Shown: piece after piece, positions 36,813 to 46,885 of the stretch
How positions within the stretch are numbered: position 1 is the first letter of the stretch
How the letters are laid out: the number at the start of each line of letters is the position of its first letter
Origin: a virus
Length of the DNA: 64,000 nucleotides
IMG/VR virus record: IMGVR_UViG_3300007352_000013
Span: 32,001-96,000 of that record
Direction: 5' to 3' (one strand)
Position numbers and translations under genes: made by a program
Notes under the pieces: model-generated
What the model saw: the letters and a program-made list of their open reading frames with translations, nothing else
What the model was told of the DNA's origin: nothing
Database searches by the model: none

Positions 36813-37729
36813 AAATTCAATTCGCTTGGAGCGAATCAAGAGTCAAGACACTAAGGGAGTGTGCTAGAAAATACTATCTGAACTACTTTCTTAGTTGGGA
36901 AGGTTGGTTAAAAAATTCTACCGAACAACAAAAACAAGCTTATAGACTTAAAAATTTAACAACATTCCCTATGTTTGTTGGTACTGTTGTTCATAATGTT
37001 ATAGAATGTGCGATAAAGGAATTCAGAACAAATAATAAATGGCCTTCATTAAATACTTCTAAAGAAAAAGTGATTGAAGCATTAAGAAATGGGTGGATAG
37101 AATCAACAAATAAGGAATGGAAAACTAATGCTAAGAAGATAAACTTTTTTGAACACTATTATAATGAACCACCAACAAAACAAAAATTACAAGAATATAA
37201 AGAAAAATCAATTAGATGTATAGAAGCTTTTTATAAATGTTATATATTCGATATTATGTCTAAATTAGATAAAAATGATTGGATAGAAGCAGAAGAATTT
37301 CAAAAGTTTTCTATGAAAACCGGAGAAGAAGTATCAGTTAAACTTGACTGTGCATTTAAGCATGACGGTAAAGTGTATATTATTGATTGGAAAACTGGAA
37401 AACCAAATAAAGATATTGTAGATCAAGTTGTTACATACAGCATGTATGCTCTTAAAAGGGGTTGGATAAAAGGGGTTAAAGACCTAATAATTATTCCAGT
37501 ATTTCTTGGATTTTTTAATGACGATCCTGTTGGATCGTTACCGATTATTGAGATAACAAAATCACATATAGAAAAACAAGTAAAAATAATTCAATCAGAA
37601 TATCCTATGCTTACCGAGGCCCATAAAAATAGAGATAATATAGATTTTTTTGAAAAAAGACAAGATACAAAAAAATGTAATTGGTGTCAATTCAAAGAGA
37701 TTTGCCATCCAAAAGGAGTCAGACAATAA
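36800..37729 (+). CDS. PD-(D/E)XK Cas4/RecB-like nuclease
   Basis: S.SR...L..C.R.YY, G..VH, E..F, LD......IIDWKTG, Q...Y, C-terminal C.WC.F..IC. Confidence 0.85.
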   Translation: MSNLEIQFAWSESRVKTLRECARKYYLNYFLSWEGWLKNSTEQQKQAYRLKNLTTFPMFVGTVVHNVIECAIKEFRTNNKWPSLNTSKEKVIEALRNGWIESTNKEWKTNAKKINFFEHYYNEPPTKQKLQEYKEKSIRCIEAFYKCYIFDIMSKLDKNDWIEAEEFQKFSMKTGEEVSVKLDCAFKHDGKVYIIDWKTGKPNKDIVDQVVTYSMYALKRGWIKGVKDLIIIPVFLGFFNDDPVGSLPIIEITKSHIEKQVKIIQSEYPMLTEAHKNRDNIDFFEKRQDTKKCNWCQFKEICHPKGVRQ

Positions 37730-38151
37730 TGGATGAAGTATTGCTTCGTACTGACGGCGGAATAAGAGTTGGTAAAATGGCACTAGGATATGTTGCATTT
37801 AATCCAAACAACGAAAATGAAATTTATTTTCAAGGTTCTAAAAGATGCGGATCTAATGGAACATCGAACATAAGTGAATATAGGGCATTAATAGAGGGTT
37901 TAGACAGATGTATCAAGGAAAAAGTTAAGATTGTTCATATAATACTTGATAGTCAATTGGTGGTTAAACAAGTAAATGGAAGTTTTAAAGTAACCAATCC
38001 AGAATTGAAGAAGCATAGAGATAAAGTATTGGAATTATTGAATCAATTTGAAAATTATAGTATTAAATGGGAGCCGAGAAGTCACAATAAATTGGCTGAT
38101 AGATTGGTAAATAATGTATTTGAAAATAAAAGAGGTAAAAATGATAAATAA
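37729..38151 (+). CDS. rnhA: ribonuclease HI
   Basis: TDGG, T.N.SEY.ALI.GL, DSQLVV.QVNG.FKV, W.PRS.NK.AD.L. Confidence 0.9.
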   Translation: MDEVLLRTDGGIRVGKMALGYVAFNPNNENEIYFQGSKRCGSNGTSNISEYRALIEGLDRCIKEKVKIVHIILDSQLVVKQVNGSFKVTNPELKKHRDKVLELLNQFENYSIKWEPRSHNKLADRLVNNVFENKRGKNDK

Positions 38152-38659
38152 GTTTATGTTTTCAGAAATATTATTATCTATTCTAATTCTTTTGGGTTTG
38201 GTTGGATGTGTTGGGAAAGAAGCGGTTAAAGCAGAAGCAAAAATTGCTGCTGTAGAAAACAACCTAAATAGGTTAGAAAAAGTATTAGATGCTAAAGTAG
38301 ATATAGCTCAATTAGATAGAGTAGAACAAAATATATTAAAATTAGATAAGACAATTAACAATTCTGGTGTTATTAAATACGGAGGCGCTGGTTGGGTTGT
38401 TATAGGTATGAGCATAATGGCCCTAATATTTGTTATAGTAATAGCTGGACTAATAAAATTCTATCTAAAATCAAGGGATAGGACTAATTTACTTTCTTTG
38501 GTTACAAAAGCTATAAGTAAAGTAGACCCAAATACACAAACGAAAATAAAAGAAATGATAGAATACGAGACGTTATATGGAGGCCCTTTTGGTGTCAAGC
38601 ACAAAAAGATGTTATCGGACTTCACTCGCCAAAATGGTACATTTGTAAACAAAAAATAA
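38141..38659 (+). CDS. lipoprotein/membrane protein with coiled coil and internal TM
   Basis: LVG-C lipobox; TM GWVVIGMSIMALIFVIVIAGLI. Confidence 0.65.
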   Translation: MINKFMFSEILLSILILLGLVGCVGKEAVKAEAKIAAVENNLNRLEKVLDAKVDIAQLDRVEQNILKLDKTINNSGVIKYGGAGWVVIGMSIMALIFVIVIAGLIKFYLKSRDRTNLLSLVTKAISKVDPNTQTKIKEMIEYETLYGGPFGVKHKKMLSDFTRQNGTFVNKK

Positions 38660-38669
38660 AACGTAAAAT

Positions 38670-38678
38670 TGGTATAAT
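38670..38678 (+). promoter_or_regulatory. extended -10 (TGnTATAAT) upstream of the recombination/replication block
   Basis: tggtataat in intergenic gap. Confidence 0.35.
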
Positions 38679-38873
38679 ATGGCAGAATTCATTCAGTACG
38701 ATTCGAATTGTAGATATTGTAAAGGTACTGGAATGGTGGATTTAGTTATATCAAGCAAGCCGTGCTTGGATTGTAAAAAAGAAATGAATTATACAAATAA
38801 TACAAATGATATTGATAATATGATTAAAATGACAGATTGTGAATTTGAACAATCGGATGGACAAAATATATGA
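38679..38873 (+). CDS. small zinc-finger-like protein
   Basis: CRYC.G.G...PC.DC. Confidence 0.55.
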   Translation: MAEFIQYDSNCRYCKGTGMVDLVISSKPCLDCKKEMNYTNNTNDIDNMIKMTDCEFEQSDGQNI

Positions 38874-39190
38874 TAGATTTTAATGTAGATAGTAATAGAG
38901 ATAGAGAAATCCTTGGACTTAAGGATCGTGGAATAATAAGTGTTTGTTGCAATAAATGTAAAAATAATTTGGTAGATTTTCAAGTTACTAAAAACAATAT
39001 AGATTTAGTAGAGGAAAATATAAATCCAATAAGCACTAACGCATTAATTATTTGCGATATGTGTAAAACCAATAATTCAATTAATATAAAAGGCCAATTC
39101 TATATTGGTGCTGGACAAGAAAATATATCTCTGGAAACAAAAGATAGCGACCGAGATTATGATCTTATTATTTTGGCAAGATTAAAATAA
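38870..39190 (+). CDS. zinc-ribbon-like hypothetical protein
   Basis: CNKC...CDMC. Confidence 0.55.
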   Translation: MIDFNVDSNRDREILGLKDRGIISVCCNKCKNNLVDFQVTKNNIDLVEENINPISTNALIICDMCKTNNSINIKGQFYIGAGQENISLETKDSDRDYDLIILARLK

Positions 39191-39191
39191 T

Positions 39192-39506
39192 ATGAATAAA
39201 AATGATATAAATATTGATATCAATGGAACACCGCATAAATGGAATAAAAAAAGAACACTTAATGAAAAATGGTTAGCGCAAAAGAAAGGTTGTTCTTATT
39301 GGGTAACGGTATCTAGCGAGGGTTTTCTTTTTAATCCATTAGATTTGAGTGAAAATATAGATAAAATAGATAAAGAAAGAGGAAAAAGATTTTATTCATT
39401 GCAAAAATGCGGCCCATTATGTTACAATTATTACGTTAATTTTCTTAGAACGAAACAAAGAACTCATTTGATATTGGCACAAAGAAGTTTTCAAGGGGGA
39501 GAATAA
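39192..39506 (+). CDS. hypothetical protein
   Basis: 104 aa; Y..FL.T.....L..AQR. Confidence 0.6.
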   Translation: MNKNDINIDINGTPHKWNKKRTLNEKWLAQKKGCSYWVTVSSEGFLFNPLDLSENIDKIDKERGKRFYSLQKCGPLCYNYYVNFLRTKQRTHLILAQRSFQGGE

Positions 39507-39925
39507 TGGAAAAAGAACATTTAGTATCTTTTACAAAACCGGATAATTTGGATGGCATATATTTTGAAGCCAAGTTGTCTAATGGTAAAACAATTTTTCA
39601 AGATAAAAGAGAAAATGAGCCACATGCTTGGGTAAGATTGTCACAATTTATTAGATCTAATCCACAATTAAAAATAGAATCATATAAAGTAATGAAGCGA
39701 AACGGAAAAATTTTTAATCTTCCAGATAATCAAATGGGCTATGTATTTGGTTTGAAAAAAACAAAAGTATATTTAGCACCGGGAGGAGAATTAGATTTGG
39801 TTTGTTTTGGTCATTATGACGGAAAATTTTGTCATATGATTTGGATAAATAATAATGCTAAAGAAGTTTTAAGAGAAAAAAGAACTAAAGAAAGTGCGGG
39901 ATTTTTTTTGATAGAAAATAATTAA
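39506..39925 (+). CDS. hypothetical protein
   Basis: 139 aa; LSNG..I.QD......AW.RL. Confidence 0.6.
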   Translation: MEKEHLVSFTKPDNLDGIYFEAKLSNGKTIFQDKRENEPHAWVRLSQFIRSNPQLKIESYKVMKRNGKIFNLPDNQMGYVFGLKKTKVYLAPGGELDLVCFGHYDGKFCHMIWINNNAKEVLREKRTKESAGFFLIENN

Positions 39926-39926
39926 T

Positions 39927-40370
39927 ATGCATAAAGATTATAAATCACCAACAACTCCCGGTCTTGATATAGATTTCAAAAACTACGTTATAGAACTAGT
40001 ATGTTTAAACGTAGATAAAAAATTGGGTCCAAAATTTTGGAAGAATAATACGTATTGGTCTAATAAATATAAAAGAGAAATTAAAGGGTTTCATAATCTA
40101 AAAGAACATTTGATATTTTCTCTAGATAATCCACTAGTCCAAAAAATATTGATACAGATTATAAAATCAAAAAATATAAAATCATTATCAGCTACAAAGA
40201 CAATAGAAAAGATAAGATATCATTTGAAAAACCATTATACAAATGAAGTTAATGAAAGATCACAGATTGATATAGAAGAAAATATAAAAATAAATATGAA
40301 TAAAAATTCTAAATTTATAGATGGAAACAAAAAAAATAAAATATCATCAATAAGAGATATGGAAAAATAA
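39927..40370 (+). CDS. hypothetical protein
   Basis: 147 aa immediately upstream of recA. Confidence 0.6.
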   Translation: MHKDYKSPTTPGLDIDFKNYVIELVCLNVDKKLGPKFWKNNTYWSNKYKREIKGFHNLKEHLIFSLDNPLVQKILIQIIKSKNIKSLSATKTIEKIRYHLKNHYTNEVNERSQIDIEENIKINMNKNSKFIDGNKKNKISSIRDMEK

Positions 40371-41405
40371 ATGGCAAAAAGAAAAAATATAGAATCTGAA
40401 AGTTTTGAGGACTTTTTAAGTAGACAATATGGCAAAGGTGTATTGAGTACAGCTAGTGATATAGTAGAAAGAAAAAGAGAAATACTTCCAACTATTTTAT
40501 CTTTAGATATAGCTCTATCCGGAGGAATCCCGTTTGGGGTTACATCTCTTATTTCTGGCAAACCAAAAGTTGGTAAAACATCTATATGTCTTCAAATTCT
40601 TAAAAATGCTATAGATAGAGGTAAACCCGCATTTTATTTTGATATAGAAAGAAGATGTTCAAAATCTCTTATACAAACAATAAATGGATTGGACGCATCT
40701 AAATTAAATATAATTAAATCTACAGAAGATAAAATATTGAATGCTGAAGATTATCTTAATATCTTAGAAAGAACAATAAAAGACAACAAATATGCTGTTA
40801 TAGTAGTTGATTCATTGGCTATGTTAAGCACTATGGCAGAACAGTCAGAAGATATAGGCAGCAATAAAGATATGAGTGGCCCACCAAAATTGTTATCATC
40901 ATTTTTTAGAAGAACACAACAAATAATAGATAACAATAATATTATATTGATTTTTATATCACAACTTATAACAAATAGAGATCCTAATGGTAAAAAATTT
41001 ATAGAAAAAGGTGGAATGGGAATTCAATATGCAACAAGCGTTTGGTTAAATTGCACATGGGCAAAAACTTGGGACAAAGATTCAAACACTAACGCCCCAT
41101 TAGGACAGGATGTTCAAATAAGTGTGGTTTGTTCTGCATTGGGTCAACCATTTTTACCATGCAGTGTACCAATAAGATTTGGATTTGGTCCAGATGTTAT
41201 AAAAGATATAGTTATAAATGCAGAAAACATTGGACTTATAGAAAAATCAGGAAGTTGGTATATACTACCAATGTTTAAAGATGAAAATGGAGAAAAAATT
41301 AAATTACAAGGAATAAACCAAGTTTGTGAATATTTATCTGAAAATATAGATAAGTCAGAAATCCTAGATAAAGAAATCAGAAATATGTTAATACCAAATA
41401 TATAA
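40371..41405 (+). CDS. recA: RecA/UvsX-like recombinase
   Basis: SLDIALSGGIP.G, GKPKVGKT, FDIE, IVVDSLA, FISQ, GG....Y.TS. Confidence 0.9.
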   Translation: MAKRKNIESESFEDFLSRQYGKGVLSTASDIVERKREILPTILSLDIALSGGIPFGVTSLISGKPKVGKTSICLQILKNAIDRGKPAFYFDIERRCSKSLIQTINGLDASKLNIIKSTEDKILNAEDYLNILERTIKDNKYAVIVVDSLAMLSTMAEQSEDIGSNKDMSGPPKLLSSFFRRTQQIIDNNNIILIFISQLITNRDPNGKKFIEKGGMGIQYATSVWLNCTWAKTWDKDSNTNAPLGQDVQISVVCSALGQPFLPCSVPIRFGFGPDVIKDIVINAENIGLIEKSGSWYILPMFKDENGEKIKLQGINQVCEYLSENIDKSEILDKEIRNMLIPNI

Positions 41406-41764
41406 TGAAAATAAGATTATTAAACGGATCAGAAGAGAACATAAATCTTAAAAACTATATAATAGACAGGGATGGATTTTGTAAATCTAAATTTCAAAAA
41501 GATATCCGTGATCAATTAATAAAAAAATATCCCAACGATATTATATGTGAAGAAGTTTATATAAGAGGTGAAAAATTTTATTTAGATTTTTTTATACCAT
41601 CTTTAAAATTAATAATAGAAGTTAATGGCAGGCAGCACAAACAACATGTTAAATTTTTTCACAAAACAAAAAGGGATTTTCATGAACAGTTATCAACCGA
41701 TAAACGTAAAAAGGATTGGGCTGATATAAACAATTTTAGAATACAAGAGATCAACTATGAATAG
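41405..41764 (+). CDS. DUF559-like PD-(D/E)XK endonuclease
   Basis: EE......YLDFFIP...L.IEVNG.QH, D..K..W. Confidence 0.75.
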   Translation: MKIRLLNGSEENINLKNYIIDRDGFCKSKFQKDIRDQLIKKYPNDIICEEVYIRGEKFYLDFFIPSLKLIIEVNGRQHKQHVKFFHKTKRDFHEQLSTDKRKKDWADINNFRIQEINYE

Positions 41765-42173
41765 TTTTGATGCAGAATATAATAAGTATAATGATGATTT
41801 GATTAAATGGGAAAAATCCATTTGTTTATCAAGTAAAGAACCAGATAGAAATAAAGTAGAAGATATTTTAGGATACGATATATCAGATATAAGAAAATCT
41901 GATACTATGACATTAACAGAATATGTATTTATAATATCACAATATCTTATATTTCTTCAAAAAAAGAGTAATGAATGTGATACATTTCTAAAATGGATTA
42001 AAAATAATATATCCAAATTTTTTGGAGACGATAAGGCTAGAGCAGCAAGATTAGCTAATAAAGTAGAATTAAGACAGTCAAGAATAGCCTATCTCTCGCG
42101 TAGAATTGAATTTTATTGTCAAGCTATACAAGGAATAGTTAGACAACGTAATGTGGAGCATAAAAATGGCTAA
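41757..42173 (+). CDS. helical protein, possible UvsY-like recombination mediator
   Basis: 138 aa predicted all-alpha, between recA and dnaB; function inferred from size and position only. Confidence 0.35.
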   Translation: MNSFDAEYNKYNDDLIKWEKSICLSSKEPDRNKVEDILGYDISDIRKSDTMTLTEYVFIISQYLIFLQKKSNECDTFLKWIKNNISKFFGDDKARAARLANKVELRQSRIAYLSRRIEFYCQAIQGIVRQRNVEHKNG

Positions 42174-42696
42174 TGCGATAGAAAAAATAAGGAATGGTAT
42201 AATAAAAACCGATTGGGGTTTAATTTGTTCTGCTTATAAAGATTTAACAGGAGAAGTTTTAGAACCGCCTAATTCTAATGCAGATCATTACCGTAATACA
42301 ATAAACAAAATAAAAGAAATATGTTTATCATATGATTCACAAGAACCTTTTGTTTCAGAACAACAGCCCAGAAAACAGAAAAAGAAAACAATTCCCAAAC
42401 CACCACCACCACCAGAAAACGAAACAACGACTAATGGGGAACCTATTCCACCCCAATCAAATAAAACTAATATTTTTGGTAATAAGACTAATTTTATAAC
42501 AGAAGAAGTTTCAGATGAAGAAATTAAAGAAACAAGAAAGAATTTCAAACAAAAAGAACATAGACCTCCTGTAACCATGTACGATATTATTTGTTGTATA
42601 TGCGATAATCCATTTAAGAGTTTTATTCCATCGTCTGATGAAATAGGACAAAGATGTGGTAAATGCTTAAAGGATACAATTAAAAATGCAAAATAA
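42166..42696 (+). CDS. hypothetical protein with Pro-rich linker and C-terminal Zn ribbon
   Basis: PPPPP linker; CCIC...C.KC. Confidence 0.6.
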   Translation: MANAIEKIRNGIIKTDWGLICSAYKDLTGEVLEPPNSNADHYRNTINKIKEICLSYDSQEPFVSEQQPRKQKKKTIPKPPPPPENETTTNGEPIPPQSNKTNIFGNKTNFITEEVSDEEIKETRKNFKQKEHRPPVTMYDIICCICDNPFKSFIPSSDEIGQRCGKCLKDTIKNAK

Positions 42697-44113
42697 AAAT
42701 TTATTGAATGATTCTGGTTTAGAAAGATCTGTATTGTCCGGAATATTAAATCATGGATCTGATTTATTTATAGATATAGAAGATATTTTAGATACAAAAG
42801 ATTTTTTTTATACCATTAATCAAAAAATATATTCTATAATAAAATATCTTGTACATGATAAAGCAATTGAAAAATTTGATATCCCAACAATATTGGCTGG
42901 GGCAAAATTTATAAATGTTGATAAATTTGACGGCGATAATAAAGCGTCAGAATATCTTGAGGCACTTTTCGACGGTTCTCCTACACAAGAAAATACAAAA
43001 TCAATTGCAGTATATATATATAAGCTATCTTTAGCAAGACAGGCAAATAAATGTCTTAATAATATAATAGATGATGTTAATACAATAAACGGTAGTGAAA
43101 AAATAGATGATATATTAAAGAAAATAGAAGAACCGATATTCGAATTTACTGATAAATTGAACTCTAATGATAATAGCCTAGTTCTTATTCATGATAATTT
43201 GAGCGAAAGATTACAGGAATTATCAAAAGAACCAAAAGATATAGTTGGATTACCTACTGGATTTTCAAATTGGGATTATTGTATAGGTGGTGGATTTCGT
43301 AGGGGTACAGTTAATGTTGTTGGTGCAAGAGCTAAAGTTGGTAAAAGTCATTTCTGTTTAAATATAGCAAGAAATATCGGCACCCTTGGGATTCCAGTTC
43401 TTTATCTCGATACAGAAATGAATCAAACAGAACAACAAGACAGACTTACATCCCTTATATCTGGAATTGATTTCAATCTAATAGAAACTGGAAAATTTTC
43501 TACTATGGAAGAAGAAAGTAAAATTGTATGGGATTCTGTAGATTATATAAAAAAAATACCAATAACGCACACAAATATAGCCGGTGTTTCTATGGAACAG
43601 ATTCTGTCATTAACCAGAAGATGGTTGGTAAAAAGTGTTGGTTTAAATGATAATGGATTAGCGAAACCGTGTATAGTAATTTATGATTATCTAAAATTAA
43701 TGAATTCTAATGATCTAAAGGGTAATATACAAGAAACTCAATTGTTAGGCTTTTTAATAACGGCACTTCATAATTTTGCTGTAAAATATGGTATACCGAT
43801 ATTGGCTACAGTACAATTAAATAGAGACGGAGTAGAAAAAGAAGGATCAGAGGTAATATCTGGATCTGATAGGATATTGTGGTTATGTAGTAATTTTTCA
43901 ATTTTGAAACATAAATCACAAGAAGATTTTATAGAAGATCCGCCATCTAATGGAAGAATGAAATTGATAGTGTGTGATACAAGATTTGGTTCGGGTTTAG
44001 AAAAGGGTAATTATATAAACATTAAAGAAGATTTGTCTAAGGCAAAAATGGAAGAAGGAAGCCTATTTTCACAAATAGTATCTAAATCATTTAAAAATGA
44101 AAAAATAAAATGA
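42686..44113 (+). CDS. dnaB: replicative DNA helicase
   Basis: ERSVLSG N-domain, GLPTGF, GARAKVGKS, DTEM, YDYL, QLNR, SDR. Confidence 0.92.
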   Translation: MQNKNLLNDSGLERSVLSGILNHGSDLFIDIEDILDTKDFFYTINQKIYSIIKYLVHDKAIEKFDIPTILAGAKFINVDKFDGDNKASEYLEALFDGSPTQENTKSIAVYIYKLSLARQANKCLNNIIDDVNTINGSEKIDDILKKIEEPIFEFTDKLNSNDNSLVLIHDNLSERLQELSKEPKDIVGLPTGFSNWDYCIGGGFRRGTVNVVGARAKVGKSHFCLNIARNIGTLGIPVLYLDTEMNQTEQQDRLTSLISGIDFNLIETGKFSTMEEESKIVWDSVDYIKKIPITHTNIAGVSMEQILSLTRRWLVKSVGLNDNGLAKPCIVIYDYLKLMNSNDLKGNIQETQLLGFLITALHNFAVKYGIPILATVQLNRDGVEKEGSEVISGSDRILWLCSNFSILKHKSQEDFIEDPPSNGRMKLIVCDTRFGSGLEKGNYINIKEDLSKAKMEEGSLFSQIVSKSFKNEKIK

Positions 44114-45273
44114 CTAGAAGATTTAATGATAAAGAAGTAGCATATATTCAGGACCGTGCCAATGAAAGAGTTGCAGAAATTTTAGATGCATTGGGCATAG
44201 AATATTCTGAAAGAGGAGATTATTTACAAGGCAAATGCCCATGTCATGACGGAGATAATCCAAGATCATTTTATTGGGCAATAAGAACGAATCACTGGAG
44301 ATGTAATACAAAGCATTGCGAAAAAGATGCAATATCTGGAAAATCTTCAAGTATATTTGGATTAATACGCGGTGCAATGTCTAATAAAATACATGAAAAA
44401 TTTTATTTTAATCAGGCCGTATTTTTTGCAGGCAAAATACTTGGCATAGGTGATATAAAATTTGATAAATCAACAAAAGAAGATATTGAAGTAAATAAAA
44501 TAATAAAACAATATAAAAGAAAAAAAAATAAGGCAGTTGGATTAAATTTGACACCATTATCCAATGTTATTGAAGTTCTTGAAAAAGATGATTTTTATTA
44601 TATACGCAGGGGGGTAACACAAGAAATAATAGATAGATATAATATATCGTATTGTAATAATAAATACAAAAGATTCTACAAAAGAGCATTTTTCCCGATT
44701 CTTGACGAAACTGGAAAATTCGTTGCTGGATTTTCTGCAAGAAGCATATATGATAAATGTCCTGAATGTAAACATTATCATGATACAAGATTTTCTTGCC
44801 CACAAAAAGAAAAATTATGCCATTATGTTAAATGGATACATTCAAAAGGATTTAAATCTGAATTATATTTATATAATTATTGGTATGCAAAATATCACAT
44901 AGCAAAATCTGGAACAGCAATAATATGCGAAGGGCCGGGTAATGTATGGGCGCTAGAAATGGCCGGAATAAATAATAGTGTGTCAATAATGGGTTCTAGC
45001 ATGTCAAAGACACAAAGACAATTGCTGCAAAAAGCTGGTGCATTAACATTAATACCTGTATTCGATAATGACAAGGCCGGGGAAAATGCAAGAGATAAAA
45101 TGCTTAAAGAATTAAATTATTATTTCAGAATAATACCAGTAAATCTAACAGAAGTCAACGATGTAGCAGAAATGGAAAAATCTGATATAATAAATAAAAT
45201 AGGATCTGTTTTAAAAAGTGAATCAAAAAAATTTCTATTAGAAGATGGAGAAGAATTATGTCAAACCCATTAA
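44110..45273 (+). CDS. dnaG: DNA primase (CHC2-like Zn finger + TOPRIM)
   Basis: CPCH.GDN...W.C...C, RA.FPI, GF.AR, LYN, ICEG, FDND.AG. Confidence 0.88.
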   Translation: MTRRFNDKEVAYIQDRANERVAEILDALGIEYSERGDYLQGKCPCHDGDNPRSFYWAIRTNHWRCNTKHCEKDAISGKSSSIFGLIRGAMSNKIHEKFYFNQAVFFAGKILGIGDIKFDKSTKEDIEVNKIIKQYKRKKNKAVGLNLTPLSNVIEVLEKDDFYYIRRGVTQEIIDRYNISYCNNKYKRFYKRAFFPILDETGKFVAGFSARSIYDKCPECKHYHDTRFSCPQKEKLCHYVKWIHSKGFKSELYLYNYWYAKYHIAKSGTAIICEGPGNVWALEMAGINNSVSIMGSSMSKTQRQLLQKAGALTLIPVFDNDKAGENARDKMLKELNYYFRIIPVNLTEVNDVAEMEKSDIINKIGSVLKSESKKFLLEDGEELCQTH

Positions 45274-46028
45274 TTATTTGTTTGTCTGGTAAAAAGCAAT
45301 CTGGTAAAAACACTGCGGCAAATTATATTCTTGGTTCCTATTTATTATCAATGAGGCAAATAACTTGTTTTAGATTAGATAAATTTGGAATATTGCATTG
45401 TAATGCTAATAGTCATGAATTCGAAGTTAAAGAAGGTGAATTTAATACAATATTCAAAGACCTGAAGATTAAGGTTTACAGTTTCGCCGATTATTTAAAA
45501 GAATTTTGTATTGATGTGTATGGTCTTACATATGAACAATGCTATGGAACAGATCAACAGAAAAATAGTCCAACAAATCTTAAATGGAGAGATATGCCAA
45601 CCTATAACGAGAAACATGATACGAAATTTAGAGAATATATGAATATGGACCCGCTTCCAGAATTTATGACAGCACGCCAAGTTTTACAATATTTTGGAAC
45701 AGATATAGTAAGAAAAATGTTTAGCGATGCTTGGGTACGAGCTACTATAAATAAGATTAACAGAGAAAAACCAAAAATTGCTATTATAACAGATGGAAGA
45801 TTTCCGAATGAAATAAGTGGTATAAATAGTGCTGGTGGAAAAACATTAAGATTGCTAAGAAATGTCAATAAAGATAATGATCAACATAAGTCTGAAATTG
45901 CTTTAGACGATTTTCCTCTTAACAAATACACTTTAGTTGTAGACAATCAAAATATGAGCATAGAGCAACAATGCGAGGCTTTAAAACCAGTAGTAAACGA
46001 ATGGTTTAAAGAAATAGGAATTAAATGA
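45258..46028 (+). CDS. deoxynucleoside monophosphate kinase
   Basis: LSGKKQSGKNT, SFAD.LKE, TARQVLQYFGTD.VR, DAWV, ITDGRFPNE, H.SE. Confidence 0.9.
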   Translation: MSNPLIICLSGKKQSGKNTAANYILGSYLLSMRQITCFRLDKFGILHCNANSHEFEVKEGEFNTIFKDLKIKVYSFADYLKEFCIDVYGLTYEQCYGTDQQKNSPTNLKWRDMPTYNEKHDTKFREYMNMDPLPEFMTARQVLQYFGTDIVRKMFSDAWVRATINKINREKPKIAIITDGRFPNEISGINSAGGKTLRLLRNVNKDNDQHKSEIALDDFPLNKYTLVVDNQNMSIEQQCEALKPVVNEWFKEIGIK

Positions 46029-46885
46029 AAATTACTACTTGTAGTCCAAATTCAATAAATATATATAGATCATGTTCATTTAAATATTATTTGAACTATA
46101 TACTCGGCATTAAGATTCCTTCTGGTAAAGCCGCTGTGCTAGGAACAATAGTGCATCAAGTTTTTGAATGGATGGCTAGACTCAAAAAAGCTGGTAAAAC
46201 ACATATAGATTACGACTGGTTATTTGAACGCGCTTGGGAAGAAAATAAACATATAGAATTAAGAAAATTTACTAGTAGGGGTATAAGCGCAGATTTTAAA
46301 AAATGCAAAGAATCCATAAAAAAAGTAGTTGAAGATAAATATTATAATCCATATAATATGAATATACTCGATATTGAAAAATGGTTTGAATTGGACATGG
46401 AAGGTGAAGAATGGTTTACTATAGATAATAAACCATTCAAAATACGTGGATTTATTGATGCAATTAATATTATAGATGACAATACCATAGAAATAGTAGA
46501 CTGGAAAAATGGACAACAAAAAGATCTTTCTAATATGGAAGAAATAAATTTTGATAATATATCAAAAAAAATACAACCAAGAATATATCATTTGGCAGCG
46601 AGCATTCTTTATCCTCAATATAAGAATATTATTATTACATTCTATTATATTAATGGGGATGGACCAATCAGTATAAGTTTATCGGAAGAAGATCTTGTTA
46701 ATACTTTAACTGGTTTATATACTTTTTTTACTACGGTTAAAAAAGATAATCTAATAAAAAGAAATAGAAGCTGGCGTTGTAAAATGTGTCCATACAATAA
46801 AAATGATCTTTGTACAAGTATATGGTCGGATTTGAATACATTCGGAGAACAATTCATTAAGGAAAAGTACGGCAAAAATGAATAA
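46025..46885 (+). CDS. Cas4-like PD-(D/E)XK exonuclease
   Basis: S.....Y..C..KY, G..VH, IRGFID, IVDWK.G, Q..IY, W.C.MC.Y...C. Confidence 0.85.
   Translation: MKITTCSPNSINIYRSCSFKYYLNYILGIKIPSGKAAVLGTIVHQVFEWMARLKKAGKTHIDYDWLFERAWEENKHIELRKFTSRGISADFKKCKESIKKVVEDKYYNPYNMNILDIEKWFELDMEGEEWFTIDNKPFKIRGFIDAINIIDDNTIEIVDWKNGQQKDLSNMEEINFDNISKKIQPRIYHLAASILYPQYKNIIITFYYINGDGPISISLSEEDLVNTLTGLYTFFTTVKKDNLIKRNRSWRCKMCPYNKNDLCTSIWSDLNTFGEQFIKEKYGKNE

Noticed and set aside
42400-42414. (cca)5 microsatellite
   Set aside because: Simply encodes a polyproline linker.
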